DNA from: an uncultured Planctomycetaceae bacterium
GTDB lineage: Bacteria; Planctomycetota; Planctomycetia; Planctomycetales; Planctomycetaceae
Length of the DNA stretch: 64,000 nt
Assembly (NCBI GenBank): GCA_963813715.1
Contig: CAWFAK010000005.1
Span: 512,001-576,000 of the forward strand
Reading direction: 5' to 3'
The first letter of the stretch is position 1. Every line of letters starts with the position of its first letter. Positions 32,571 to 45,084 of the stretch are shown piece after piece. The notes below the pieces were generated by a model. The model was not told the origin of the DNA. It saw only the letters and a program-made list of their open reading frames with translations, and ran no database searches. Both the position numbers and the translations under genes were made by a program.

Positions 32571-35500
32571 TTAGTTCGGTTCGTAGCCCAGGTTGGGGCC
32601 GAGCCAGCGTTCGATCTCGGGGATCGTCATGCCCTTGCGGGCGGCGTAGTTTTCGACCTGGTCGCGCGTGATGCGGTCGACCGAGAAGTAGCGGGCCTCG
32701 GGATGGCCGAAGTAGAGCCCGCTCACGGCGGCGGCCGGCCACATCGCGAAGCTCTCGGTGAGGCGAATGCCCGTGTGCTCTTCCGCGTCGAGCAGGTCGA
32801 AGAGCGTTCGCTTCTCGGTGTGATCGGGGCAGGCCGGGTAGCCGAAGGCCGGGCGGATGCCGCGGTATTTTTCCTCGAGCAGCTCGTCCTGCGACAGTTT
32901 TTCCTCGCGGCCGTAGCCCCAATCGATTCGTGCCTGGCGATGCAGCACTTCGGCAAAGGCTTCGGCCAGCCGATCGGCGATCGCCTTGGTCATGATCGCC
33001 AGGTAATCGTCGTTCTGAGCCTCGAACTCGGCGACGAGCGCATCGCAGCCGATCCCGGTGGTCACCGCGAACGCGCCGAGGTAGTCCAAGCGGCCGCTGT
33101 CGAGCGGCGCGATGTAATCGGCCAGCGAGCGGAAATCAGACTGCCCCTTGCGCTCCCATTGCTGTCGCAGCATGGGAAAGCGGGCGATCGTCGTGCTGCG
33201 CGAGGCGTCGGCGTAAACGAGAATGTCGTCGTCCGCCGAATTGGCCGGCCAAAAGCCGTACACGCCCCGCGCCGTGAGCCGCTTCTCCGCGACGATCCGT
33301 TTGAGCAGGTCGCTGCGCATCGTCGTAGAGTTTTCGCGCCTCGCCTCCGACCCGGGGATCGTCGAAGATCGTGGGATACTTGCCGCGGAGCTCCCAAGTC
33401 TGGAAGAAGGGCGACCAGTCGATGTAGGGAACGAGCTTTTCGAGGGGCTCCGGATCGAGGAACCGCAGCCCGAGAAATGCCGGCTCGTCGATCCTCACGC
33501 TGGCCCAATCGGTCGCGAAACGGCGGGCCAAGGCGTCGGCGTAGGGCACCAGAGTTCTTTGCTGCCGATCGGCAAACTGTGTGCGGTCCCGCTCCTGGGC
33601 GTCGGTATTCTTCTGGATGAAGTCGGCCCGCTTGTCCGGATCGAGCAGGTTCTCGACCACCGGCACCGAGACCGACGCATCGAGCGAATGAACCACCGGC
33701 TGCGCGTAGCTCGGCGCGATCCGCACGGCCGTATGCTTCGCGCTCGTCGTCGCTCCGCCGATCAAGAGCGGCATCGTCATTCCGCGGCGCTGCATCTCTT
33801 TGGCGACGTGGACCATTTCGTCGAGCGATGGCGTAATCAGCCCGCTCAGGCCGACAAAATCGGCCTTGTGTTCGACGGCCGCGTCGAGAATCTTGTCGGT
33901 CGGGACCATCACGCCCAGATCGATCACCTCGAAATTGTTGCAGCGGAGCACGACCCCGACGATGTTTTTGCCGATGTCGTGCACGTCGCCCTTCACGGTC
34001 GCCATGATGATGGTACCGCGGTGCTGCGGGCCTTCGGCCTGCTCTTTTTCGGCCTCCATGAAGGGTGTGAGGTAAGCCACCGCCTTCTTCATCACGCGGG
34101 CGCTCTTCACGACTTGCGGCAGGAACATGCGTCCCGAGCCGAACAACTCGCCGACGACGCCCATCCCCTTCATGAGGGGCCCTTGAATGACTTTGAGCGG
34201 ACGGCCGAGAGCGACGCGGGCCTCCTCTGTGTCGGCCTCGATGTAGTCGACGATCCCGTTGACGAGCGCGTGGCTCAGCCGGTCTTCGATCGGAGCCTTC
34301 CGCCAGGCTTCGTCCTTCTCGACGACTTTGTCCTTGGCGACCACCGTTTCGGCGAACGCCACCAATCGCTCGGTCGCGTCGGGCCGACGATTGAAGAGGA
34401 CGTCTTCGACGTGGCAGAGCAGGTCCTTGTCGATCTCTTCGTAGACATCGAGCTGACCGGCATTGACGATTCCCATGTCGAGGCCGGCTTTGATCGCGTG
34501 GTACAGAAAGGCCGCATTCATCGCGCGGCGGACCGGCTCGTTGCCGCGGAATGAAAACGAAACGTTGCTCACGCCGCCCGACGTTTTCGCGCCGGGGCAT
34601 TCCCGCTTGATCTGCTTCAGCGACTCGATGTATTCGACGGCGTAGTTGGCGTGCTCCTCGATGCCCGTGCCGACCGTCAGAATGTTGGGATCGAAGATCA
34701 CATCCTCGGGCGGGAAGCCGACTTCGTCAGTGAGCAGTTTGAACGCGCGCTTGGCGATCGCCACCTTGCGGTCGACGCTGACGGCTTGCCCCTCTTCGTC
34801 GAAGGCCATCACGACCGTGGCCGCCCCATAGCGGCGGACGAGCCGGGCCTGCCGCAGAAACGATTCTTCTCCCTCTTTCAGGCTGATCGAATTGACGATG
34901 CTCTTGCCCTGCACGCACTTGAGGCCCGACTCGATGACCGACCACTTCGAGCTATCGATCATCACGGGAATGCGGGCGATGTCGGGCTCGGCGGCAATCA
35001 GGTTGAGGAACGTGGCCATGGCCTTCTCGCCGTCGAGCAAGGCCTCGTCCATATTGATGTCGAGGACGTTGGCCCCGCTGGCGACCTGATCGCGGGCCAC
35101 TTCGAGCGCCGCGTCGTAGTCGCCCGAGCGGACCAGCCGCGCGAATTTTTTCGAGCCGGTGACGTTGGTCCGTTCGCCGACAATCACGAAATTGCTCTCG
35201 GGCAGGAGCGTGAGGGGCTCCAACCCGCTGAACCGCGAATAAGGAGCGACGCGGGGCCGCCGGCGCGGAGGCAGATCCTGCACCGCGTCGGCGATCACGC
35301 GGATGTGCGCGGGGGTCGTGCCGCAGCAACCGCCGACGATATTCAGCCAGCCGTTTTCGGCGAACTCCGACAACAGTCGGCCCATGTACTCGGGCGTCTC
35401 ATCGTACGCGCCGAATTCGTTCGGCAGGCCGGCATTCGGATGGCAGCTGACAAAGCACGGCGCGATCCGCGCCAATTCCTCTACATAGGGCCGCATGCGA

Positions 35501-36271
35501 TCCGCGCCGAGGGCGCAGTTGAGCCCCACGCTCAGCGCCGGGAAATGCGCGACCGAATTCCAGAACGCCTCGACCGTTTGGCCCGACAGCGTGCGGCCGC
35601 TGGCGTCGGTGATCGTGGCGGAGATCATCACCGGTAGCGTGATGCCGCGATCGTCGAAGACCTGCGAGATGCCGAACAGGCACGCCTTGAGGTTGAGCGT
35701 GTCGAACGTCGTCTCGGGAAACAGGATGTCGACGCCGCCGTCGATCAGCGCTTCGACTTGCTCGCTGTAGGACGCGACCAGTTGATCAAAGGTCACCGCA
35801 CGGAAGCCCGGGTCGTTGACATCGGGGGACAACGACGCGGCCCGGCTCGTTGGGCCAATGCTGCCGGCCACGAACCGAGGCTTGTCTGGATTGCGTTCGG
35901 TAAATTCGTCGGCGACGCGACCGCGCGATCTGGGCGGCGGCCCGATTGATCGCCTTTACAGCGCTCTCGAGCTGATACTCGGCCATCGAGATCGAGGTCG
36001 AGTTGAACGTGTTGGTCTCGACGATGTCGGCCCCGGCCTCGAAATACTGCCGATGGATGTCCTCGATGATGTCCGGGCGCGTCAGGCTCAAGAGATCGTT
36101 GCAGCCCCGCAGCTCTTTCGGGTGATTGGCGAACTGCGTGCCGCGAAAGTCGGCTTCTTCCAGCTGATGCGCCTGAATCATCGTCCCCATCGCGCCGTCG
36201 AGCACGAGGATCCGCGTGAGCAGCAGTTCCTCGAGGCGGGCGATTGCGGGGGTGGGGGTTGAGACAGACAT
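32571..36271 (-). CDS. metH: Cobalamin-dependent methionine synthase (frameshifts ~35925 and ~33315)
   Basis: [31 protein letters not shown] (DxHxxG), [20 protein letters not shown]. Confidence 0.97.
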
Positions 36272-36333
36272 CAGAAGGATCTCAGACTAGAACCGGCGGG
36301 CTGATCCGCCGCGGCGGACCGCTCGCCAGTTTG

Positions 36334-37227
36334 CTAGGAACGATGCAGCTCTCGCGTGGGAGACAATCCCAGATCCTCGAGGATCGTCTCACAGGCCTTC
36401 GAGCGGTTGAGCACATAAAAGTGGATGCCCGGCACGCCGGCGCGAAGCAGTTCGCGACACTGCCGGATCGCGTGTTCCACGCCGATCTCGAACTGTGCCT
36501 CCGTGTCGTTTTGCGCGGCTTCCAGGCGCTGTCCCAGCTCTTGCGGAATGCTCGCGCCGCACATGCCGGTGATCCGCTTGATCCGCGAAAACTCCGTGAT
36601 CGGCATGATGCCCGGAATCAGCGGCACCTTGATGCCAAGGCGGTGATAGCGGTCGCGAAAATCGAAAAAACTGTCGTTGGAATAGAACAGCTGCGTGAAA
36701 ACGGCGTCGGCCCCGGCCTCAACCTTGCGCTTAAGATTGGCCAGATCCGTTTCGCAATCGGAGCATTCTTGATGCTTCTCGGGATAACCCGCGACTCCAA
36801 TGCCGATGTTCGGGTGACGTTTCCGAATCAGGGCGACCAGCTCGTTTGCATAGTGCAAACCGCCGGGGGCCGGCCGAAAGGTCGTTTCGCCAGCCGGCGG
36901 ATCGCCCCGAAGGGCCATGATGTTCTGAATGTTGTTCTGGGTGGCCTGGTCCAGCCACTCTTCGATTTCCGCGATCGAACCTCCCAGACAGGTGAAGTGC
37001 GCCGTGGCTGTGAGGCCGAATCGCTTTTGGATGTTGACGCACAAGTCGATGGTCCGCGTGCGGGTGGTCCCCCCCGCGCCGTAGGTGCAGGAGACAAACA
37101 CGGGATCGTATGGGGCCAGTCGTTCCAGGGCGCGACCCAGGCTTTCATCCCCGTCCGCCGACTTGGGCGGGAAGATCTCAATCGACACGCCGCAACGGCC
37201 GGCTTGATACATGTCTCGGATACGCAT
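36334..37227 (-). CDS. metF: 5,10-methylenetetrahydrofolate reductase
   Basis: [41 protein letters not shown]. Confidence 0.95.
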   Translation of the reverse strand: MRIRDMYQAGRCGVSIEIFPPKSADGDESLGRALERLAPYDPVFVSCTYGAGGTTRTRTIDLCVNIQKRFGLTATAHFTCLGGSIAEIEEWLDQATQNNIQNIMALRGDPPAGETTFRPAPGGLHYANELVALIRKRHPNIGIGVAGYPEKHQECSDCETDLANLKRKVEAGADAVFTQLFYSNDSFFDFRDRYHRLGIKVPLIPGIMPITEFSRIKRITGMCGASIPQELGQRLEAAQNDTEAQFEIGVEHAIRQCRELLRAGVPGIHFYVLNRSKACETILEDLGLSPTRELHRS

Positions 37228-37468
37228 CGACCGATCGACCTCTGCCGGAAAGGCAACCCCTGGCTTGGTGGGTCCGGCGACAAAAATGGGACGGGCCGAC
37301 CGTCCCTGCTCCATGCCCTTCAAAGTATAGCTGAGAGCTCATACGCATGACACGGGAAGTCGTGTGCAGGATCGGACTTCGGACGGTTGAGCCGCGGACG
37401 CCGGTGCGACTTGTCGCCTCTGGAGGGCTCTGTGAAGATACAAGCTCCAACTTCACCGGGAGACTCCC

Positions 37469-38875
37469 TTGCTTGCGATCGCGATCCCGACTGTCGTCCT
37501 GGCCGTATTGTCCGGTTCGTTGCCCGCCGAACAGGGGGCGATCGAACTGCGCTATCGCGGCACTTTTTCCAAAGCCTCACGCGATGCCGAGCCAACGGGC
37601 GAACCGGTCAAGCGGTTTGACCTCTACTGCCTCTCAACGCCGCGGAACGAAGGGGGCCGCGAGCTGGCCTTCGTTCTCGATGAGCAGGGAGGCGGCGGCT
37701 GGCCGTGGCCGGCTCGTTTTGGCACGATCGCCCTCGACGCGAAGCTTCGACCCGCCAGAAACCGATTGCGTCTCCTGCACGAGCACAACGGGACCCCCTA
37801 CGTCCTCGCTCTCCCCGTCCCCTATTTTGAATTCTTCGACCGGCTGGCCAAGGACGGCCGTTGGGAGGCACCGCGGGCTGCTGAGCTGCCCAACCAAAAC
37901 GATCCGGCGCCGTGGAAGTATCGGGTTTCTGCCCGAACCAAGGTCGGCGCCCGCGACTGTTGGCGAGTCGACGTCTCCAATAATTTCGGCCCACAGGAAT
38001 CGCTGTGGATCGCCGTCGATCAGCCGCTCCTGGTCAAAGCGGAACGACGCTTCGTTATCGGCCGGGGCGAGGTTCACCTCTTGAAGGTCGAACTCGACTC
38101 AATCACTCCGATGAACGAGGAGAGGCTGGCCCGCGTGCGGCGACCGTTCGACGGTCTGCTCAAACTGCAACGGCAACTCAAACGGGCTGAAGACGACCAG
38201 TCGGCCGAGTTGAGCGAGGCTCAACTCAAGCTCATCGCTGAGCAAGTGAAGACGCTCGAGTCGCAGGCCGAGAGCACCCCCTTCGAGGGGCTGGTGGCCA
38301 CGATCATTCGCGACGTCAACTCGCAGTCACGCCGCTCGGACGACGTGGACAGCCTGGCCCGGCGGATGACCGGCAAGGCGGCTCCGGCGATCCGGCTGAA
38401 AACGCTCGAGGGCGAGGCCGTTCCGGCAGCCGATTTGGCGGGCAAAATCGTCCTGCTCCACTTCTGGACTTACCAGGGCGACCCGTTTCCGCCCGAGCCA
38501 TACGGACAGGTCGGGTTCCTCGATTACTTGTATCATCGCCGCAACAAATTGGGTCTGCGTGTTTACGGCGTGGCGATCGACTCGAGGATCGCCGACCGCG
38601 GGCAGCTGCCGGCCGTCGCGCGGTCCGTCCGCAAACTGCAAAGCTTCATGAATCTGACTTACCCGGTGGTCGTCGACGATGGGACGCTCGAAAAGCTCGG
38701 CGACCCGGAGCGTGTCGGAGCCAAGCTGCCGCTTTGGGTGTTGATCGATCCCAAGGGAACTGTCGTGCAATACAAGGTGGGCAACTACGTCATCAAAGCC
38801 GACGAAGGACTTTCACAACTCGACCAAGCGATCCTGGACCTGATCAAGAAGCAGAAGGCCGAGACCGCAAAGTAA
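37469..38875 (+). CDS. Exported protein with C-terminal TlpA/redoxin-like domain lacking CxxC
   Basis: GKAAP...LKTLEG....DL.GKIVLLHFW, YPVVVD, LP.WVLIDPKG.V. Confidence 0.7.
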   Translation: MLAIAIPTVVLAVLSGSLPAEQGAIELRYRGTFSKASRDAEPTGEPVKRFDLYCLSTPRNEGGRELAFVLDEQGGGGWPWPARFGTIALDAKLRPARNRLRLLHEHNGTPYVLALPVPYFEFFDRLAKDGRWEAPRAAELPNQNDPAPWKYRVSARTKVGARDCWRVDVSNNFGPQESLWIAVDQPLLVKAERRFVIGRGEVHLLKVELDSITPMNEERLARVRRPFDGLLKLQRQLKRAEDDQSAELSEAQLKLIAEQVKTLESQAESTPFEGLVATIIRDVNSQSRRSDDVDSLARRMTGKAAPAIRLKTLEGEAVPAADLAGKIVLLHFWTYQGDPFPPEPYGQVGFLDYLYHRRNKLGLRVYGVAIDSRIADRGQLPAVARSVRKLQSFMNLTYPVVVDDGTLEKLGDPERVGAKLPLWVLIDPKGTVVQYKVGNYVIKADEGLSQLDQAILDLIKKQKAETAK

Positions 38876-39120
38876 CCGACCGTGCAGTCGGGTTCGAACG
38901 CGATCTTCCGCAAGCCGTCGGTTGGCTCGGAGAAGTGTTCACAAAGACAGCAAGTGAGGCACGCTCGCGCGCCTGAGACCGCCTCTTGCCTGACCACCGA
39001 CCACCGATACACTGGATAGACGGAACAAAATGGAGTGGCACTCGGCCGGCTCTGGCGGGTCGTTTGCTGGCTAGCTGTTGAGACTGGGGCCAACGGGCCC
39101 ACTTTGGACTGACCGGGACA

Positions 39121-39705
39121 ATGGACTCCGGGTACCTCGCGATTCTGCTGCTCGTCGTCGGCCTCGCGCTGATTGTCTGCGAGGTCTTTATTCCGTCAGC
39201 GGGGCTCATTGCGGCCCTCGCCACGCTGTGCATCGCCGGCTCGGTCGCCTCGGCCTGGAGCGCCTGGGCCTCCAGCAGCCCGACCTACTTCGCACTCTAC
39301 GCTCTGGCGCTGTTGCTGCTGATTCCGTCGGCAATCAGCGGTGCCTTTTACATGCTGCCGCGGACTGCATTTGGCCGTAAGGTGCTGTTGGAAGCCCCCG
39401 ACCTCGACGAAGTGACCCCCTACCAGGAAGAGCAGCGGCAATTGTTGCGGCTGGTCGGCCACGTCGGAAAAACTCTCACCTTGCTCAATCCGGGCGGACT
39501 CATGGAAGTGGACGGCACGCGTCAACACTGTGAGAGCGAGGGCATGCTGCTCGAAGCGGGCACGCCGGTCGAAGTTGTGGCTGTTAAAGGGGCCCGCATC
39601 GTAGTCCGACCAGTCGAGCATCCCCACGAACCGCCGGGTGTTGCGGAAGACAAACGCGCACCGTCGGCCGGCGACTCGCTCGATTTTGATTTGCCGCGCG
39701 GTTGA
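39121..39705 (+). CDS. NfeD family protein
   Basis: EVFIPS.G, TM helices, G...T.L.P.G and C-terminal V.VV.V.G..IVVR. Confidence 0.85.
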   Translation: MDSGYLAILLLVVGLALIVCEVFIPSAGLIAALATLCIAGSVASAWSAWASSSPTYFALYALALLLLIPSAISGAFYMLPRTAFGRKVLLEAPDLDEVTPYQEEQRQLLRLVGHVGKTLTLLNPGGLMEVDGTRQHCESEGMLLEAGTPVEVVAVKGARIVVRPVEHPHEPPGVAEDKRAPSAGDSLDFDLPRG

Positions 39706-39742
39706 TTCGGCCCTCCTAGCCTGCGCTGAGGACGCTCCGCGG

Positions 39743-40557
39743 TCACCGCGGCAACGTCGCGTCCATCGGCTGGGGTTTTGCCAGCGGGCGAATGAAGAAA
39801 TCGTACAAGAAGGCGCCCAGCACGCCGCCCGCCAGCGGACCGACGATTGGCACCCACCACCAGCCAAAGTAGTTGGGGTCGCCCGCCTGGAACACGGCCC
39901 TCCCCCAGCCCGCCATGGCGGTAAATAACCGCGGACCGAAATCGCGGGCCGGATTGATCGCGTAGCCGCAGTTGAAGCCGAACGTCATGCCGATCAGCAC
40001 GACCAATGCCCCGATACAGATCGGGGCCAGATTCGAGGGACGCCGATATTCTTCGCATCGGTGATGCCGAAGATGCAGGCGACCAAGAGGGCCGTGCCGA
40101 CAACCTGGTCGATCAGCCCCCCAGGAACCGTACTCAAGTGCGGCGAGGGATAGGTGGCGAAGATGCCAGCTGTCGCCGTGTCGCTGCCGAACCCTGGGAC
40201 CGTCCGCACTCCCAAGTCGAAAGCCCCCATCGCCTCGACGTAGACCAGATAGGTCACGGCGGCTGCGGCAAAGGCACCGGCGACCTGCACAACGCAATAG
40301 GGGATGACCTTCCCCCAAGCCAGTTTTTTCTGGACGGCCAGGGCCAGACTGATCGCCGGGTTCAGGTGCGCCCCGGAAATTCCGCCGGCCACATAGACGC
40401 CCATCATCACCCCCAGGCCCCAGCCCAGGTTGATCGACAAGTACTGGCCGTTTTGCTGCTTGCTGAGAATGACTTGGGCGTCGACGGCCGTGCCGAAGAC
40501 GACCAGGATGAAAGTGCCGAAGAACTCCGCCGCCAGTTCCCGCGTTAGGCCCCGCAT
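39743..40557 (-). CDS. glpF: MIP family aquaglyceroporin (frameshift ~40040)
   Basis: [38 protein letters not shown]. Confidence 0.88.
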
Positions 40558-40895
40558 CCTCGCATCCCCCTTGCGCAGTAAGTCTGTGAAGGTGCGGTGA
40601 CCCCATGGCTCCCGCAGACACGCAAGCGCAGTCGCACCGGCACGAGCCGCTGTTTCGCGTCCGATTATGGACGCGAATCGACCGAGACTGCAAATGCAAA
40701 ATCTCGGTCCGGGTGTTTTTGACTCTCCGCCGCCCGGTTTTCGTGCGACGGCGACACCCGCAGCTCGCCGGGGTCGCATTCACTGGCAGAATTAATCACA
40801 CGCCACTAGCATCCGCAGAAGGCGGCCAAGCGAAGCGAGCAAACCCAACTCAGCGAGCGGTGAACGCGAGCAAAATCCACTCTGCGAGCCCCTTT

Positions 40896-41727
40896 ATGCC
40901 ACCCCGCGTCTGCGTCCTGCGAGCACCCGGCACCAATTGCGACGTGGAAACCGCGTTCGCCTTTGAGACGGCCGGCGGCTTGCCCGAGCGCGTGCACCTG
41001 TTCCGCCTGCTCGAGCGGCCCGAGCTCTTGGACGACTTCCAGATCGTTTGTGTCCCCGGCGGATTTAGCTACGGCGACGACATCGGGGCCGGCGTGATCT
41101 TCTCGCGTCAACTCCGCGGCCGACTGGGAGAAGCGCTGGGGCGATTCCTCGCTGCCGACAAACTGATGCTGGGCATTTGCAACGGCTTCCAGGTACTGCT
41201 GAAGGCGGGCATCTTGCCGGGGGGCGGCTCGGCGTGGCCGTCTTCGGCCGAAGAACCGCCCGATGCCACGCTCACCTGGAACCTCAACGGCAAGTACACG
41301 GCCGACCTGGGTCCGACTGAAGGTCGAGGCGCCCGGCAACGTCTTTCTGCGGGGCATCGACGAGATCGAGCTGCCCATCGCTCATGCCGAGGGGCGAATC
41401 GTCGTTCGCTCTGCGGACGTGTTAAAAGCATGGCGCGATCAGGCGCAGATCGCGCTCCGCTATCGCCCCAATCCGAGCGATAGCGAAACCGAATCAGTTT
41501 CCGGCTCCGACGGCGATTCCCTGTTGCCGTATCCAGACAATCCCAACGGCTCGACTGCGAACATTGCGGCCCTCGGCGATCCGAGCGGCCGCATCCTGGG
41601 ATTGATGCCGCACCCCGAGCGGTTTTTGCACTCGACGCAACACCCGCAATGGACTCGCCGTTGCGCGACGAGCGGTCCCGGAGCCGGACTCAAGCTCTTC
41701 CAGAACGCTGTCGCGTATTTTGGCTGA
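40896..41727 (+). CDS. purQ: Phosphoribosylformylglycinamidine synthase glutaminase subunit (frameshift ~41303)
   Basis: PGTNCD.ET, PGGFSYGD, GICNGFQ, PIAHAEG, NPNGS, GLMPHPER. Confidence 0.95.
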
Positions 41728-41907
41728 GCGAGCCCGCGGGGATTCTGCGTGCCGGAACTCTCGGGCGAAATGCAATTTAGGGCAAATTGCCAACCCGCTC
41801 CCGAATGGCCCGATCCATCGTGTCGCGAGGGCCGTTGTCTATAATTGTTCCAGCGAATCGGTCCTCTCGACGTAGTGAGAGTGACCGCTGCCTGTTTGGA
41901 GATGTCG

Positions 41908-42621
41908 ATGTTTTTCCATCTGTTCGATCCGATGTATTTCGTGTTTGTCGCCCCGGCCCTCGTGCTGATGCTGTTTGCCCAGTTCTGGGTGAAACGCGCC
42001 TATGCGGTCGGCATGCAGATTCCCGCCCGCCTGTCCGGCGCGGCGGCCGCCCGTTACATCCTGGACGAAGCCGGCTGCCAGGACGTGGCCATCGAGGAGG
42101 TGCCGGGCACGCTCTCGGATCACTACGACCCGCGCTCGCGCGTGCTGCGGCTTTCTAGCGACATATACCGCTCACGGACGGCGACCGCGGTCGGCATCGC
42201 CGCGCACGAGTCGGGCCACGCGCTGCAGCATGCGCACAACTGGATGCCGCTGATCATCCGGAATGCGGCCGTGCCCGCGGCCACGTTCGGCGGCGCCGCC
42301 TTCTCGGTGCTGTTCTTCGGGGGCGTGATCATCTCAATGTTTTTCCGCAATCCGCACCTGGGCATCAACCTGATGCTCTTGGGCGTACTCTTGTACTGCG
42401 GAGTGCTGGTCTTTCAGCTGATCAACCTGCCGGTCGAGTTCGACGCGAGCGCGCGGGCCAAGCGGATTCTGGCCAATTACCAGATCGTTGACGGCGACGG
42501 TGCGGTTGCCGTCAATCGCGTGCTCAATGCGGCCGCTCTGACCTATGTCGCGGCGATGCTGCTGACGCTGCTCGAAATCGCGTACTACCTGTTCCGCATT
42601 CTGGGCAGCCAGCGGAACTAG
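41908..42621 (+). CDS. Putative neutral zinc metallopeptidase (YugP-like)
   Basis: LSDHYDP, AAHESGHALQH (HEXXH), LPVEFDAS.RA, AAALTYVA. Confidence 0.9.
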   Translation: MFFHLFDPMYFVFVAPALVLMLFAQFWVKRAYAVGMQIPARLSGAAAARYILDEAGCQDVAIEEVPGTLSDHYDPRSRVLRLSSDIYRSRTATAVGIAAHESGHALQHAHNWMPLIIRNAAVPAATFGGAAFSVLFFGGVIISMFFRNPHLGINLMLLGVLLYCGVLVFQLINLPVEFDASARAKRILANYQIVDGDGAVAVNRVLNAAALTYVAAMLLTLLEIAYYLFRILGSQRN

Positions 42622-42720
42622 GCGCAGCTTTTACCGGTGGACGGGGCTTCGGGTACACTGAAAGCGACGCGTTGACGCTGCGCGTTTGCCTTCTCCCACC
42701 CCGTTCAGGAGCCCGCCCCG

Positions 42721-44147
42721 GTGAGCACTCGCAAGATCTCCGATTCCAATTCTTCCGCTAACTGCTCCTCGACCCGCCGCCACTTCTTGAAATCATCGGC
42801 CGCCGCCGCGGCCGACTGCGCCGTTCTGGTTTTCGACGGCCGAAAACCCGGCTAAGGCCTTTCAGGGACCGAGCAATCGCCATGTGCTGGGCTGCATCGG
42901 CACGGGCAGCCGCTGGGAGGGAGACGACGGGCCGCGAGCGATGAAGTACGCCGACTGCGTGGCGGTCTGCGACGTCGACGCCGGTCACGCCGACAAAGGC
43001 CGCGCGATCGTCGAAAAAGTGATGTCCAAAAAGGGGCGCAGCGCGAAGCCCGACGTCTACGGCGACTATCGCCGCATTCTCGATCGCAAGGACATCGACG
43101 TCGTCACGATCGTCACGCCCGACCACTGGCATACCAAGATCGCCATCGAAGCGATGCAGGCCGGCAAAGACCTTTATTGCGAGAAGCCGCTGACTCTGAC
43201 CATCGACGAGGGGAAGCAGATCATCAAGGTGCTCGACCAGACCAAGCGCGTGTTTCAGGTCGGCACGCAGCAGCGGAGCGAGATGCACCTCAACTTCTTG
43301 AAAGCGGTGGCCATGGTCCGCGACGGGCGGATCGGCAAGGTGAAGCGGGCGATCTGCGATATCGGCGGCGCGCCGACGAGCCAGACACTCGACCGCATGC
43401 CGGCTCCCCAAGGACTCGATTGGGATATGTGGCTCGGTCAGGCGCCGAAAGTCGACTACATGGAGAAGACGCGTCGGCAAGGATCTCGAGACCCGCTGCC
43501 ACTACGAATTTCGCTGGTGGTACGAGTACTCGGGCGGCAAGCTGACCGACTGGGGGGCCCATCATGTCGACATCGCCCAATGGGCGATCACCGGCGACGA
43601 AATGGCCCACACGGGGCCGCACACCATCGAGCCAGTGCACTACGTGCATCCGGTCCCGTTCAAAAACGGGTACCCGACCGTCAACAACCGCTACAACACA
43701 GCCACCGAATTCACCGTGCGCTGCGAGTTTGCCGACGGCGTCGAGATCGTGATCAAGAATCACGTCCCCGAGGGGAACGGCATCGTCTTCGAGGGGACGA
43801 ACGGACGCTTCCACGTCGGCCGCGGTCGCGAATCGCTCTTCGGCGAGCCGGTGGACGAACTCAAGTCCAAGCCGCTGCCGCCGGCCCTGATCACCGAACT
43901 CTACAAGGGGAAAAAGCCCGGCGATCACATGCGGAACTTCTTCGAGTGCGTCAAGACTCGCGAGCAGCCGGTCTCGGACGTCTACTCGCATCACCGCGCG
44001 ATCACGACCTGCCACCTGGCTAATATCGCCATGCGATTGGGTCGCACGATCAAGTGGGACCCGAAGGCCGAGCAGATCGTGGGCGACGCCGAGGCCCAGC
44101 AGTGGCAATCGCGTGAACAGCGGAAAGGCTACGAGATTCGGGTCTGA
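42721..44147 (+). CDS. Tat-exported Gfo/Idh/MocA oxidoreductase (frameshifted)
   Basis: STRRHFLK Tat motif, IG.G.R, TPDHWH, YCEKP, QVGTQQRS, DWGAHH, CHLANIAMRLGR. Confidence 0.9.
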
Positions 44148-44176
44148 ACCGGGTCTATTTCCGATCGAGGGCCGCG

Positions 44177-44359
44177 TTAATTCGCGCGACCAAGATCCTC
44201 GAGCGGCCCTTTCACCTGTCTCTGGTTGGTCGGCCCGTTGGACGATTCCGAGATCGAGACGGTGACTGCACCCTCTTTCTCGGGCCACACCGCCGTAATG
44301 AATGAAGGGTTCACAAAGAACTTTTCGCCGGACGTCGGCTGAATGTCGATAAGGCGCAT
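44177..44359 (-). CDS. Small hypothetical protein
   Basis: 60 aa with F.VNP..I..V pattern; GGAG upstream. Confidence 0.45.
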   Translation of the reverse strand: MRLIDIQPTSGEKFFVNPSFITAVWPEKEGAVTVSISESSNGPTNQRQVKGPLEDLGRAN

Positions 44360-44654
44360 ACGATCACTCCACGAGCAGGTCCCTTCCGAAAGAGGTCGCT
44401 ATGTGGGAATTGTGAGTGCACAAGAACTGTGCCGGCGAAGTGCCTAAGCAAGTGTACTGCGCACAGCGCGGGACGGCGGGATATTCGTCGTTTTATCCGC
44501 GCTACTAACCGCCTACCGCTGAATGGCAGTTAGGATGCCACGGCCACAGCTTTGCGTGAGGCTGTCCGGTAATTTGGATCGTGTGCCACTGCTGAGACGT
44601 TTCGGCTCAGCAGTGCTGACGTGCGAAGCCAAAAGCGAGAAGAAGGACAAACCT

Positions 44655-44734
44655 GAACAGGAGGTAACAGAGATAACGGAGAGATTAGAATTCTCACACG
44701 CCGAATCCTCTGTTCCCTCCGTTACCTCCTGTTC
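44655..44734. repeat. Inverted repeat built from 9-mer units (MITE/REP-like)
   Basis: GAACAGGAGGTAACAGAGATAACGGAG pairs with CTCTGTTCCCTCCGTTACCTCCTGTTC. Confidence 0.75.
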
Positions 44735-45084
44735 AATCCTGCTTTGTGCGTTCGGCTCAGCCTTGCTCTTTCCCGTTGCTGATGAAGTGTTGCTGGACCG
44801 TCTCAGAGCACGGTTGAGCAAGCCCAACCGTGGCACCCAAGGCAGATCGCCCGTCTGTATTCCGCCGAGCAACAGCAAAACTGAGCGGCGTAGAAAACCG
44901 ATCTTGGTTGGCCGGCCATTTGTGGCAGAATGGAATTTGGCCCCATCGTGACGGCCGAGATCGGCTTGCGCCGGGGATGAAATGGCCGCAACGGGCCGTT
45001 GAGTGGCGCACCGACGTGATTTCGGGGACGCTTGGTCAGTCATTCGGTGAGCCGGCGGCCATTCGGTGATCGGATGACGACAGG

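Noticed and set aside
37228..37468. SAM or cobalamin riboswitch upstream of metF-metH
   Set aside because: No recognisable conserved riboswitch motif by eye; an Rfam/Infernal scan would be needed.
44360..45084. ORFs 44513-45043 and 44523-44951
   Set aside because: They run through the inverted repeat, have no recognisable motifs and overlap each other on opposite strands.
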